Shown here: positions 26,480 to 35,378 of the stretch, piece after piece
Position numbering within the stretch: position 1 is the stretch's first letter
Layout of the letters: each line of letters begins with the position of its first letter
From: Bacilli bacterium
GTDB taxonomy: Bacteria; Bacillota_I; Bacilli_A; RF39; UBA660
Length of the DNA stretch: 50,475 nucleotides
Direction of reading: 5' to 3'
Assembly (NCBI GenBank): GCA_016302935.1
Contig: JAEDMO010000002.1
Span: 1 to 50,475, forward strand
Notes under the pieces: model-generated
The model's database searches: none
What the model was told of the DNA's origin: nothing
What the model saw: the letters and a program-made list of their open reading frames with translations, nothing else
Program-made: the position numbers and the translations under genes

Positions 26480-27685
26480 CTATCTTGATGAGAATGTACT
26501 ACCTCTTCCTAATAATTTAGGGAAAATTTGGTTAGGATTAAAAGTGTATGAATCTACATAGGTGGTTCTATGGCCATCGGCTATACCAAAGTGTAGATGG
26601 GCTCCAGTGGTACATCTATCATAACCACCATATCGGGTTGAAGTTGATTTGCCCCCAACAGTTGCTATTACGGTATTGTCAGTGACTATATCTCCTAATT
26701 TAACTTTGATACTTAATAAATGGACATATTTGGTTGTGTAATTTTTACCTTTTACAGTATGGAAAATATAAATTTGGTTACCACCACAAGTAGAACCATA
26801 GATTATTCTTGCTACTTTACCAGATGCAACTGGATAAACTGGGGTTCCTTCGGGATTGCCAGCGAAATCATAGCCATAATGAAAATCACTTACCCATCTA
26901 CCATTTAAAAGAAATGTTCTTTTCCCCCATCCGCTAGAGATTGTTCCGCTTTTAAGTGGGTATTTAAACCCGTCAGCATATGGCATAGAGGCACATACGT
27001 TAACATCTTGGTTAGCACTACAGCCTAAATTTTCATAATAAGCAATACTTTTATTTAGGGCATCTATTTCTTCGTTAATGTCAACATAACCTTCTTTAAC
27101 TTCAGCAAGTTGACTATTTAGGGTAACTTTTTTAGAATTCAATGTTTTTCTTTTTGAATCTAATTCTGTTTGTTTTGCGGATAATTCTATTTTCTTTTGT
27201 TTTAATTCTTCAATTAGGTTTTCTAATTCATTTATCAGTTGGTTATTATAGGCGGTTAGTTGTGATACTACGGAATAACGATATACAAAATCAGTATAGT
27301 CTTCAGATGCTAAAATATAATCTAGATAAACGTTTTCACCGGTAGATAATTGCAAGAATTTAAGAAGTTCTTTGGATTCTTCTTTTTTGTCTTCAATTTT
27401 TTGTTCAGATGTTTCTATATCTTTTTCGGCTTGAATAACCTCTGATCTTGCATTTTCAATTTGTTCACTGATACTAGAAATATCATTATTAAGGTTATAT
27501 ATTTCATCTTCTGTTAATTTCTTTTGACTGTTAATTTCTGCTTTTTTCTTTTTTAAGGTGGCTAGTTCATTATACATATCATTTAGGGTTTGCGCTTCAA
27601 CTTTAACTATTGGAGAAAATATGGTTAAAGCTATTATTATTACAAATATATATTTAAAAATACTTATATTATTTCTTTTAATCAT
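26480..27685 (-). CDS. M23-family peptidoglycan metalloendopeptidase with an N-terminal coiled coil
   Basis: 401 aa. Signal/TM segment, a long heptad-rich region, then FHYGYDFAG...GGNQIYIFH...GAHLHFGI (the HxxxD / HxH Zn motifs). Confidence 0.85.
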   Translation of the reverse strand: MIKRNNISIFKYIFVIIIALTIFSPIVKVEAQTLNDMYNELATLKKKKAEINSQKKLTEDEIYNLNNDISSISEQIENARSEVIQAEKDIETSEQKIEDKKEESKELLKFLQLSTGENVYLDYILASEDYTDFVYRYSVVSQLTAYNNQLINELENLIEELKQKKIELSAKQTELDSKRKTLNSKKVTLNSQLAEVKEGYVDINEEIDALNKSIAYYENLGCSANQDVNVCASMPYADGFKYPLKSGTISSGWGKRTFLLNGRWVSDFHYGYDFAGNPEGTPVYPVASGKVARIIYGSTCGGNQIYIFHTVKGKNYTTKYVHLLSIKVKLGDIVTDNTVIATVGGKSTSTRYGGYDRCTTGAHLHFGIADGHRTTYVDSYTFNPNQIFPKLLGRGSTFSSR

Positions 27686-27706
27686 ATAATCACATCCTAT
27701 ATGACA

Positions 27707-27715
27707 ATTATATCA
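27707..27715 (-). promoter_or_regulatory. Candidate extended -10 promoter for the M23 / ATPase / ligA / recD2 operon
   Basis: On the minus strand, TGATATAAT (TGn-TATAAT) lies ~20 nt upstream of the ATG at 27685. There is no good -35 element. Confidence 0.4.
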
Positions 27716-27808
27716 TAAAAATAAATAAAAATTTTAAATATTTATTTATTTTACATTAATTATAGTTTTATTTAACTTTTAAAAATAATAGTTTATAGCA
27801 TGTTTTTG

Positions 27809-27837
27809 TTGACATTATCATAATTATTTTATATAAT
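27809..27837 (+). promoter_or_regulatory. Consensus sigma-A promoter of rpsD
   Basis: TTGACA (27809-27814), a 17-nt spacer, then TATAAT (27832-27837). It is followed by a ~140-nt leader. Confidence 0.8.
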
Positions 27838-27980
27838 ACTATTGCATTTGGCAGTAGTCTTTTAAATTTTGTAATGTGTTATGATATAAGTAACTTAGTG
27901 CTGCCTAAGCGAAAGTACACTTAAAACACCCTATAAAATTTCTAAGATACCTTCCGAATAGTATGTAAGGAGGAATTAAA

Positions 27981-28586
27981 ATGGCAAGATATACAGGCCC
28001 AAATAACAAACAAGCAAGAAGAGTATCATTTTCAATATTAGAAAATGGTAAAGATATTGTTAAAAGACCTTATGGTCCAGGTCAACATGGTAATGCTAGA
28101 AAAAGAAAACCATCTAACTATTCTGTTCAATTAACTGAAAAGCAAAAGGTTAGGTTTATGTATGGTTTAAGTGAAAAACAATTTAGAAAGATTTTTGATG
28201 ACGCAGCTAAGATGAAAGGTGTTCATGGTGAAAATTTCTTAAAATTACTAGAAAGCAGATTGGATAATCTAGTATATAGAATTGGATTTGCAAATACTAG
28301 AAGAGCAGCAAGACAACTTGTTAATCATGGTCACATTTTAGTAAATGGTAAAAAGGTTGATATTCCATCATATAGAGTTAATATTGGTGATAAAATTTCT
28401 TTAAAAGAAACTTCTTCAAATCATGGTGGTGTCGAAATCGCTTTAGCTAACGCGCCTAAGAGAGTCGATTTTGTTAGTTATGATGAAGCTAAAAAAGTGG
28501 GAACCTACTTAAGATATCCTGAAAGAAGCGAACTTAATGCTGATATTAATGAAGCTTTAATTGTAGAATTTTATAGTAGAGTTTAG
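27981..28586 (+). CDS. rpsD: 30S ribosomal protein S4
   Basis: 201 aa. MARYTGPNNKQARR..., S4 domain LESRLDNLVYRIGFANTRRAARQLVNHGHILVNGKKVDIPSY. SD AAGGAGGA. Confidence 0.98.
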   Translation: MARYTGPNNKQARRVSFSILENGKDIVKRPYGPGQHGNARKRKPSNYSVQLTEKQKVRFMYGLSEKQFRKIFDDAAKMKGVHGENFLKLLESRLDNLVYRIGFANTRRAARQLVNHGHILVNGKKVDIPSYRVNIGDKISLKETSSNHGGVEIALANAPKRVDFVSYDEAKKVGTYLRYPERSELNADINEALIVEFYSRV

Positions 28587-28612
28587 TAGTACTTTGGTAC
28601 TACTTTTCTTTT
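28585..28612 (+). terminator. rpsD rho-independent terminator
   Basis: AGTAGTAC-TTTG-GTACTACT followed by TTTTCTTTT. The stem starts inside the TAG stop codon. Confidence 0.8.
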
Positions 28613-28645
28613 CCAAAAATAAAATAGATATTAAGGAGGGAGTTT

Positions 28646-29101
28646 ATGGATATTAATTATGAATTAGATAAGTATAAAAGCTTTTATAAAATGTATAAAG
28701 AAGTTATAAGAGGGCTTACGGATGATTATGATTACGATATAGCTATTGATAATACTGATTATGATGATAGTAATTCTAAGGTTACTCTAAAGATTTATAA
28801 AAGCGACTATAATTATGCGACTAGAGATGAATTAATTAGATTATATAATAATGGGGAATTATTTATTTACTCTAATTCGGTAATTTTAAATGATTATTTA
28901 GCTTTTAATTTAGTTAATTTAATTAGAGATAATTTTATTTTAGGGCATGATATATTATTACCTTTTTTTGATAAAAATGGTAATCAGGTTTTGAGAAGTA
29001 AGACTAATACTTTATATGTTAAGATTAATTCTCAAGATGATTTAAAAATGGCTCAAGATATTCATTATAGTATAATTAAAAGAAAAACAAAGAACAATTA
29101 A
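28646..29101 (+). CDS. Hypothetical cytoplasmic protein (acidic, Tyr/Asp-rich N-terminal half)
   Basis: 151-aa ORF with a strong SD, TAAGGAGGGAG. No TM segment or motif recognised. Confidence 0.6.
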   Translation: MDINYELDKYKSFYKMYKEVIRGLTDDYDYDIAIDNTDYDDSNSKVTLKIYKSDYNYATRDELIRLYNNGELFIYSNSVILNDYLAFNLVNLIRDNFILGHDILLPFFDKNGNQVLRSKTNTLYVKINSQDDLKMAQDIHYSIIKRKTKNN

Positions 29102-29122
29102 AATATTTTGTTCTTTGTTTTT
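29083..29122. terminator. Bidirectional hairpin shared by two convergent, stop-overlapping genes
   Basis: 15-bp perfect inverted repeat AAAAACAAAGAACAA (29083-29097) / TTGTTCTTTGTTTTT (29108-29122) with a 10-nt loop that contains both stop codons. Confidence 0.7.
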
Positions 29123-29532
29123 TGTTGTTTACTTCTTATTATGTCTTTTATTTTTTCATCTAGAATAAGATTATATTCTTTTTTATCTCTTTCTACTTCT
29201 TTCTCATTATATTTTATGTGATAATATTTTTTTCTTTTTTCGGTGTAGCCTTCTTCACCATCGAATATTGTAATATCAAATTTAACTCCGTCTAAATTAG
29301 TACAGTGTAGTAATACTGATGCTTCATAATCAGTTATGGCATTATTTTTTATTTCTTCTATAATTTCTTCTTTAAGTTTATTTTTTATTTCTATAAATAA
29401 ACTCCATAGGATATCTTGTTCTATACCAGCGGATAATGCTATATTTGCCACTACGCTATAGTTATTGGAATAATCTAGAGTATACTCTACTCCATCTTTA
29501 CCGATAAAGGTTAAAATAATAGTTTCTTCCAT
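29098..29532 (-). CDS. Hypothetical cytoplasmic protein co-transcribed with tyrS
   Basis: 144-aa ORF starting 3 nt after the tyrS stop. No recognised motif. Confidence 0.6.
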   Translation of the reverse strand: MEETIILTFIGKDGVEYTLDYSNNYSVVANIALSAGIEQDILWSLFIEIKNKLKEEIIEEIKNNAITDYEASVLLHCTNLDGVKFDITIFDGEEGYTEKRKKYYHIKYNEKEVERDKKEYNLILDEKIKDIIRSKQQKTKNKIF

Positions 29533-29535
29533 AAA

Positions 29536-30774
29536 TTATTTTTTTCTTCCTATATAATAATTTTTTTTGCCTTTTTTGATTATGATATAGGTATTATCAA
29601 TAAAGTTATTATCGTCGATATTGTATTCTAAGTCGGTTGTTTTTTCTCCATTTATTGATATAGCATTACCAGTTATGAATTCTTTAGCTTCTCTTTTAGA
29701 AGATGCTATTTGCATTTGAATTAATAAATCGATAAGTGGAATATTGTTATCAACATCGATAATCATATTTTTATCAAATATTTCTTCAATATCTTCTTTG
29801 CTTAGGTTAATAAATTTACCGGTAAATAGTATTTCTGATAATTTAAGAGCTTTTTGTAATTCTTCTTCACCGTGTAAATCTCTTACAAATTCAGAAGCTA
29901 GAGTTTTTTGGGCTAATCTTAGATGAGGTTCACGATTATGTTTTATCATAATGTCTTTTATTTCATCTAAGGATAAGAAGGTAAATATTTTTAGGTATGA
30001 TTCAACAATATTATCGTCACTATTTAATAGATATTGATATAATTTATATGATGATGTTTTATTTAAATCTAACCATAGGGCATTACCTTCACTTTTACCA
30101 AATTTTTGACCGTTGCTATCTAAAACTAAAGGCATTGTAAAGGCATATGCTTCTTTACCTAATTTCTTTTTTATTAAGTCAATACCGGTGGTGATATTGC
30201 CCCATTGGTCTGAGCCTTCTATTTGGAATAAGCAATTGTGTTTTTCATATAGATGTAGAAAGTCATAACCTTGGATTAGATTGTAAGAAAATTCTGCATA
30301 GGTAATACCTGTTTCTAATCTTCTTCTTATAATATCTTTATCTAATAAGTAGTTTACGTTTATGTATTTACCTACATCTCTTAGAAAGTTAATATAGTCA
30401 AATTCTTTAATCCAATCGTAATTATTGACTACTAGTACTTCATTATTAAAAATTTTAGAAACTTGTTTTTTGATACCTTCTAAATTACTATTTAAACGTT
30501 CGTAAGAAATGATTTCTCTTTCACTTCCTGGTTTAGGATCTCCGATTAATCCAGTAGCTCCTCCTACTAGAAGAATCGGTTTATGTCCATATTTATATAA
30601 TCTTTTGGCAGTAACTAACGATGAATAATGTCCAATATGTAAGCTAGAGCTTGTTGGATCTGTTCCCCAATAAAAGGTAATATTTCCATTATTGATAAGG
30701 TCTGCTACTACTTGTTCATCGCCTGCTATATCTTTTACTAATCCTCTTTCTTTTAATTCTTCAAAAAATGTCAT
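29536..30774 (-). CDS. tyrS: Tyrosine--tRNA ligase
   Basis: Class I HIGH (SLHIGHY) and KMSKS-like KFGKS motifs, plus a C-terminal S4-like domain. SD GGAGGG precedes the ATG at 30774 (MTFFEELKERGL). The 21-codon upstream extension in the track covers the T-box terminator. Confidence 0.95.
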   Translation of the reverse strand: MTFFEELKERGLVKDIAGDEQVVADLINNGNITFYWGTDPTSSSLHIGHYSSLVTAKRLYKYGHKPILLVGGATGLIGDPKPGSEREIISYERLNSNLEGIKKQVSKIFNNEVLVVNNYDWIKEFDYINFLRDVGKYINVNYLLDKDIIRRRLETGITYAEFSYNLIQGYDFLHLYEKHNCLFQIEGSDQWGNITTGIDLIKKKLGKEAYAFTMPLVLDSNGQKFGKSEGNALWLDLNKTSSYKLYQYLLNSDDNIVESYLKIFTFLSLDEIKDIMIKHNREPHLRLAQKTLASEFVRDLHGEEELQKALKLSEILFTGKFINLSKEDIEEIFDKNMIIDVDNNIPLIDLLIQMQIASSKREAKEFITGNAISINGEKTTDLEYNIDDNNFIDNTYIIIKKGKKNYYIGRKK

Positions 30775-30990
30775 TTTATCCCTCCTATTTTGAAAAAAGA
30801 TGGTACCTGATAAGGACGAGCTATCTCGTGGTACCACCTTAATTTTTTCTCTTATTGATAACGGATATTATCCGTTTAGCTATAAATATGTAATTCATTA
30901 TTTAATTATTATTAGTTTACAGCAACCACTAACTTTCTTAAAATAAATTTAAATAACTACTTCTTTATTTATAATACTAATTTTTGTTTC
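30775..30990 (-). promoter_or_regulatory. T-box riboswitch leader of tyrS (candidate UAC specifier)
   Basis: On the minus strand: T-box sequence AAGGTGGTACCACG (30827-30840), a terminator helix plus U6 (30793-30836), stem III AACGGATAATATCCGTT with the F-box CCGTTA, and a specifier-loop context AUGAAU-UAC-A (UAC at 30890-30892). Confidence 0.85.
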
Positions 30991-30996
30991 ATTAAT

Positions 30997-31025
30997 AATA
31001 TAGCACTTTTTTTAAAAATATACAA
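30997..31025 (-). promoter_or_regulatory. Candidate promoter for the tyrS leader
   Basis: On the minus strand: TTGTAT (31020-31025), a 17-nt spacer, then TATATT (30997-31002). It lies just after the whiA stop. Confidence 0.35.
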
Positions 31026-31027
31026 GA

Positions 31028-31957
31028 TTATTTTTTGGTATTTAGATTATTAACTATTTCTTTGATTTTTCTAAATCGATGATTGAGGCCTGATTTAGTA
31101 ATTTTTTTGCCGGTTTCAAGGGTAATTATTTCGCTTAATTCTTGTAAGGATGATTCTCTATATTTTAAGCGATATTCTATTACTTCTTTCAATTTTTCAT
31201 CAATTAAGTCTAGCATATCATTTTCTTTTAAGATATTTATATCTTTTATTTGGTTATTTGATGTTATGAAAACTTTGTCAATGTTTGCTTGTTCACAATT
31301 ATTAAGGCGGTTGGTCATATTTTTATGGTCTCTATATATTCTTATATCTTCATAATACATAACAGCGTTATACGCTTTTATTATTCGTAAGAAATCACTG
31401 ATTTTTTCAGCTTCTTTTATATATACCATATAATGTTTTTCTCTTTTTAGAATGCGACTGTTTAGATAATAACTATTTAATATATCGTTGATAAAATTAG
31501 CGTAATCTTTATTATCTAAAGCTAATTCTAGATGATATCTAGATGTTTTGGGATCGTTAATACTTCCTACTGATAGAAATACTCCTCTTAAATATGCTCT
31601 TAATTCTTCTTCATCACTAATGATATAATCACTTGGGATATTTAAGTATTCCATATTTTCTGAGTATATAGATAAGTCTTTTAAAATTGTGTTTACTTTT
31701 TCTTTTATTTCTAGGATATAATTTAGGTTTTTATTAAAGTTATATCTTTTTCTGACAGTTACTATTGGTGATATACCATAGATATCTTTGAATAATTTGT
31801 ATATTCTTCTTGCTACGGAATTATTTTCTAAATGAATTTTAATACTATTTTCAATTTGGGAAGTATTTCTTATGATTGCAGATAATTCGCTTATGTATTC
31901 TGTTTTGGTACTATCTAATTTGGTAACTTCATTTTTTATATCGGTAGAAAAGCTCAT
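31028..31957 (-). CDS. whiA: Sporulation/cell-division regulator WhiA (DNA-binding)
   Basis: 309 aa. MSFSTDIKNEVTKL..., LAGLIDADG-like core (LRGVFLSVGSINDP), C-terminal HTH. TAATG overlap with yvcK. Confidence 0.9.
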   Translation of the reverse strand: MSFSTDIKNEVTKLDSTKTEYISELSAIIRNTSQIENSIKIHLENNSVARRIYKLFKDIYGISPIVTVRKRYNFNKNLNYILEIKEKVNTILKDLSIYSENMEYLNIPSDYIISDEEELRAYLRGVFLSVGSINDPKTSRYHLELALDNKDYANFINDILNSYYLNSRILKREKHYMVYIKEAEKISDFLRIIKAYNAVMYYEDIRIYRDHKNMTNRLNNCEQANIDKVFITSNNQIKDINILKENDMLDLIDEKLKEVIEYRLKYRESSLQELSEIITLETGKKITKSGLNHRFRKIKEIVNNLNTKK

Positions 31958-32910
31958 TATTTATCACCTTTCATTAGGTAGGAAAAGATAACGAAGGCGG
32001 TTTTTAATGAATCATGTCTTACTTGGTTATTAATGTTAAGTACTAAATCTTCACAAATTAGTTCAACATTTAATTTTTGGATATTTTCTTCATCAATTAA
32101 AATTGCGGTGCTATTTTCTTTTTCTTTATATATTTTTTGTACATCAGCATCTACTTGTTTTTTATTAGCAACTACAACATCGATAAAATTATCTTTTATA
32201 TAGCTATTTATTACTCTAATGCAATCTGATACTTTAAAGTTATCGGTTTCTCCGTGTTCTGTCATAGCATTACAAATATACATTTTTTTAGCTTTTGACT
32301 TAATTAATGCTTGTTTTATTTCATCATTTAATACATTGGGAAGAATGCTAGTGTATAGGCTACCGAGACCGAAGATAATTAAATCGGCTTCTTTTATGGC
32401 GTTTAATACTTCTTTAGTGATAGTAATTGGGGTAAGGTATTCAATATTGGTAATTACTTTACCGGCTTTAGTTATGTTTGATTCACCTATTATTGTTTCA
32501 CCATCTTTAGTATGCGCTACTAAAACGGCTTTATCTTCTGTTAGAGGTAATACTTTCCCTTTAATATTTAGAATTTTACCTAGTGACTTCATAGATTCGG
32601 TTAAATTGCCAGTTATGTTATATAAGGCGGTTAAAAGAAGATTACCAACTGCGTGATTATTTAAATCACTATAGGTTTGAAAGCGATATTGTAAAAGTTG
32701 TTCTACAAGGGGTTCTTCTTTGGATAATGATGCTAGAACATTTCTTAAATCACCGACTGCTGGAATATTGAATTCTTCTCTTAAAATACCAGTTGATCTA
32801 CCATCATCAGATACTGTAACAACTGCTGTTATGTCTAGAGGAAATTCTTTTAATCCTTTTAATAAAACCGATAATCCTGTTCCACCACCTAGGATAACTA
32901 CTTTCTTCAT
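31957..32910 (-). CDS. yvcK: YvcK-family gluconeogenesis factor (CofD-like, UPF0052)
   Basis: 317 aa. KVVILGGGTGLSVLLKGLK, VTVSDDGRSTG, GLGSLYTSILPN. Confidence 0.9.
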   Translation of the reverse strand: MKKVVILGGGTGLSVLLKGLKEFPLDITAVVTVSDDGRSTGILREEFNIPAVGDLRNVLASLSKEEPLVEQLLQYRFQTYSDLNNHAVGNLLLTALYNITGNLTESMKSLGKILNIKGKVLPLTEDKAVLVAHTKDGETIIGESNITKAGKVITNIEYLTPITITKEVLNAIKEADLIIFGLGSLYTSILPNVLNDEIKQALIKSKAKKMYICNAMTEHGETDNFKVSDCIRVINSYIKDNFIDVVVANKKQVDADVQKIYKEKENSTAILIDEENIQKLNVELICEDLVLNINNQVRHDSLKTAFVIFSYLMKGDK

Positions 32911-32971
32911 AAAATCACCTTTTTTCTATCTATATTATATTATAAATAGTTAAAAAAAGAAAGAGCGAATA

Positions 32972-33004
32972 AGAAAAACTAACATTAATGATTTTTAATG
33001 TTAG
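32972..33004 (-). terminator. pheST rho-independent terminator
   Basis: 10-bp perfect stem CTAACATTAA / TTAATGTTAG (32979-33004). On the minus strand it is followed by UUUUUCUUAUU. The pheT stop codon lies inside the 5' arm. Confidence 0.8.
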
Positions 33005-35376
33005 TTATCTCTTAATATAGCATTATGTTTATTTTCTACACTTGTAATTATTTTATTAAATAGTTTTGTTACTTCTTCATCTGTTAGAGTTTTGGTGTAG
33101 TCTTCAAAGGTTAGATTAAATGCTATGGATTTTTTATTATCAGCAATATTATTACCAGTATACACATCAAATACTTTTACATCAGTTAGGATTTTGCCAC
33201 CTTCTTTGGTAATGGTATTAATGATGTCTTCTGCTTTAATAGCTTTATCTACGATAAAGGCCATATCTTTTTTAATATTAGGATATTTATTTGGTTCTAT
33301 ATATTTAATTGCTCTTACTTTTTTATTATATAATTTAGATAAAGATAATTCTATTACATAGATATCTTCTTTGGTATAGTTAGGGTGTAATTTACCAAAA
33401 TATCCTATACCTTCTTTATCAACTAGTATTTCACAAGATACATAAGGATGTAGTTCTTTAGGAATATTATTAGTAACTTCAAATTTAGTTCTTTTGGTTA
33501 GTCCTAAATATTTTAATATAGCAGTTACATATCCTTTGGCAACATAAAAATCTATTTTGATATTTTTGTTTTGCCAAGTGTTATTAATTAAGTTGCCTTT
33601 TAAGAGGATACCTAGTTTTAGTTCTTCATCTTCTAATGTTGAATAAGTATTGGCAATTTCATATATTTTTACATCTTCAACCAATCTGGCTTGATTATAT
33701 TCTAATACATTTAATAATGATGGGATAAGACTTTGTCTTATGTATTCTTTTTGGATGGTCATAGGTTTGTCTATTTTAACTAATGAAGAATGAAAATAGT
33801 TAAATTCTTGAGCTTCTTTTTCATTAATTAGAGTATGTGTTCTTGTTTCGTCTAAGCCTAGGGTACGGATAAATTTAGATAAATCCTTACGATATTTAAC
33901 GAATGGACTATATCCTCCTTCTATAACGTTTCCTTTTAGAGGAATAGATGGAATGTTGTCGTAACCATACATGCACCCTACTTCTTCTATTAAATCTTCT
34001 TTAATAGAAACGTCCATTCTTCTATTTGGAATAGTTACGTTAAAGATATTATTATCTATCGTATACGGAAAATCTAATCTTCTAAATTGTTCTTTTATTT
34101 CGTTTACGGTTAGATTTAATCCTAGTACCTTGTTAATTTTATCTACACTGATTGATTGTTCTTTCTTAGATTTATCTATATTATCGTGAATAAATATTTT
34201 TTCTTCTACTTTACCGTTTGCATACTTTTGTAATAAATGGCACGCTCTTTCCATTGCGGCATAGGTATATTCATAATTGAGTCCTTTTTCATATCTTAGT
34301 GATGCTTCACTTCTTAACTCTTCGTTAATAGAGGTGTATCTAACGTTATATGGATTAAAGATAGCACTTTCTATTAATATATTTTTAGTGTTATAGTCTA
34401 CTTCACTAGATAATCCTCCCATGACACCAGCGATACAGATAGGTTTAGTTCCATCAGTAATAACAATATCATCAGTAGATAAAGTATGAAGTTTTTTATC
34501 TAGAGTAACTATTTCTTCTTTATCGTTAGCTAATCTTACTTTAATTTTATTTCCTACTTTATCTTTATCAAAAAAGTGTAATGGTTGTCCATATTCTAAC
34601 ATTATGTAGTTGCTTATATCAACGACATTATTAATAGGACGCATTCCAGCATTTATAAGACGTTTTTGAATAAAGGAAGGTGAATCTTTTATAACGACAT
34701 CTTTTACTATTTTAGCTAAGTATAAAGGACATAATGGGGTATCTACTTCTAAGGTAAAATCGCTTTGATTGGATACTTTTTCGTAAGTGGTATCCGGTAA
34801 TTTAACTTTTTTATCTAAGACTGCTGCTACTTGGTAGGCAAAACCTAGATGTGATAAGCAATCGTTTCTATTAGGATTTAGGTCTAGTCCATAAATAACG
34901 TCTCCTAAATCTAAGTATTTGATAGGATCTTCTCCAACTGGTGCTTCTTCTTTCAGTTCACAGATACCTTTATTATATGAATCTTCAGTTTTTTCTTCTA
35001 GTCCTAGTTCATATAGAGCACAGAGCATTCCATTAGATTCTACTCCACGAATGGTACTTACTTTAATTTCAAAGTTGTTAGGTAATATAGCACCTGGAAG
35101 CGCAACGATTACTTTAAGACCTACTTTGACGTTAGGAGCACCACATACTATTTGTTTTGTTTCTTTTCCTAAATCAACCATACATATGTGAAGGTGATCA
35201 CTATCTGGGTGCATTGTAACTTCTTTAATTTGGCCGATAACTAAATTTTTTATAAAGGTATCTTGATATTCTTCTATATTGATACCTGATTTAGTTACTT
35301 TATTTTGTAATTCTTTTAAATCAACATCGCTTAAATCGACATAGTCATTTAACCAATTAGTACTTATTTTCATCAT
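33001..35376 (-). CDS. pheT: Phenylalanine--tRNA ligase beta subunit
   Basis: 791 aa. MKISTNWLNDYV, tRNA-binding domain, B3/4, B5 and FDX-ACB-type C-terminus. Follows pheS by 2 nt. Confidence 0.95.
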   Translation of the reverse strand: MMKISTNWLNDYVDLSDVDLKELQNKVTKSGINIEEYQDTFIKNLVIGQIKEVTMHPDSDHLHICMVDLGKETKQIVCGAPNVKVGLKVIVALPGAILPNNFEIKVSTIRGVESNGMLCALYELGLEEKTEDSYNKGICELKEEAPVGEDPIKYLDLGDVIYGLDLNPNRNDCLSHLGFAYQVAAVLDKKVKLPDTTYEKVSNQSDFTLEVDTPLCPLYLAKIVKDVVIKDSPSFIQKRLINAGMRPINNVVDISNYIMLEYGQPLHFFDKDKVGNKIKVRLANDKEEIVTLDKKLHTLSTDDIVITDGTKPICIAGVMGGLSSEVDYNTKNILIESAIFNPYNVRYTSINEELRSEASLRYEKGLNYEYTYAAMERACHLLQKYANGKVEEKIFIHDNIDKSKKEQSISVDKINKVLGLNLTVNEIKEQFRRLDFPYTIDNNIFNVTIPNRRMDVSIKEDLIEEVGCMYGYDNIPSIPLKGNVIEGGYSPFVKYRKDLSKFIRTLGLDETRTHTLINEKEAQEFNYFHSSLVKIDKPMTIQKEYIRQSLIPSLLNVLEYNQARLVEDVKIYEIANTYSTLEDEELKLGILLKGNLINNTWQNKNIKIDFYVAKGYVTAILKYLGLTKRTKFEVTNNIPKELHPYVSCEILVDKEGIGYFGKLHPNYTKEDIYVIELSLSKLYNKKVRAIKYIEPNKYPNIKKDMAFIVDKAIKAEDIINTITKEGGKILTDVKVFDVYTGNNIADNKKSIAFNLTFEDYTKTLTDEEVTKLFNKIITSVENKHNAILRDN

Positions 35377-35378
35377 AG

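Noticed and set aside
30775-30837. 21-codon N-terminal extension of the tyrS ORF (MVPRDSSSLSGTIFFQNRRDK)
   Set aside because: This stretch is the T-box terminator and U-tract. The SD GGAGGG and the conserved TyrS N-terminus begin at the ATG at 30774.
31957-33000. Absence of rapZ (yvcJ) upstream of yvcK-whiA
   Set aside because: The usual rapZ-yvcK-whiA triad is reduced to two genes here, with the pheST terminator directly upstream. rapZ may simply be elsewhere in the genome, so this cannot be evaluated from one window.
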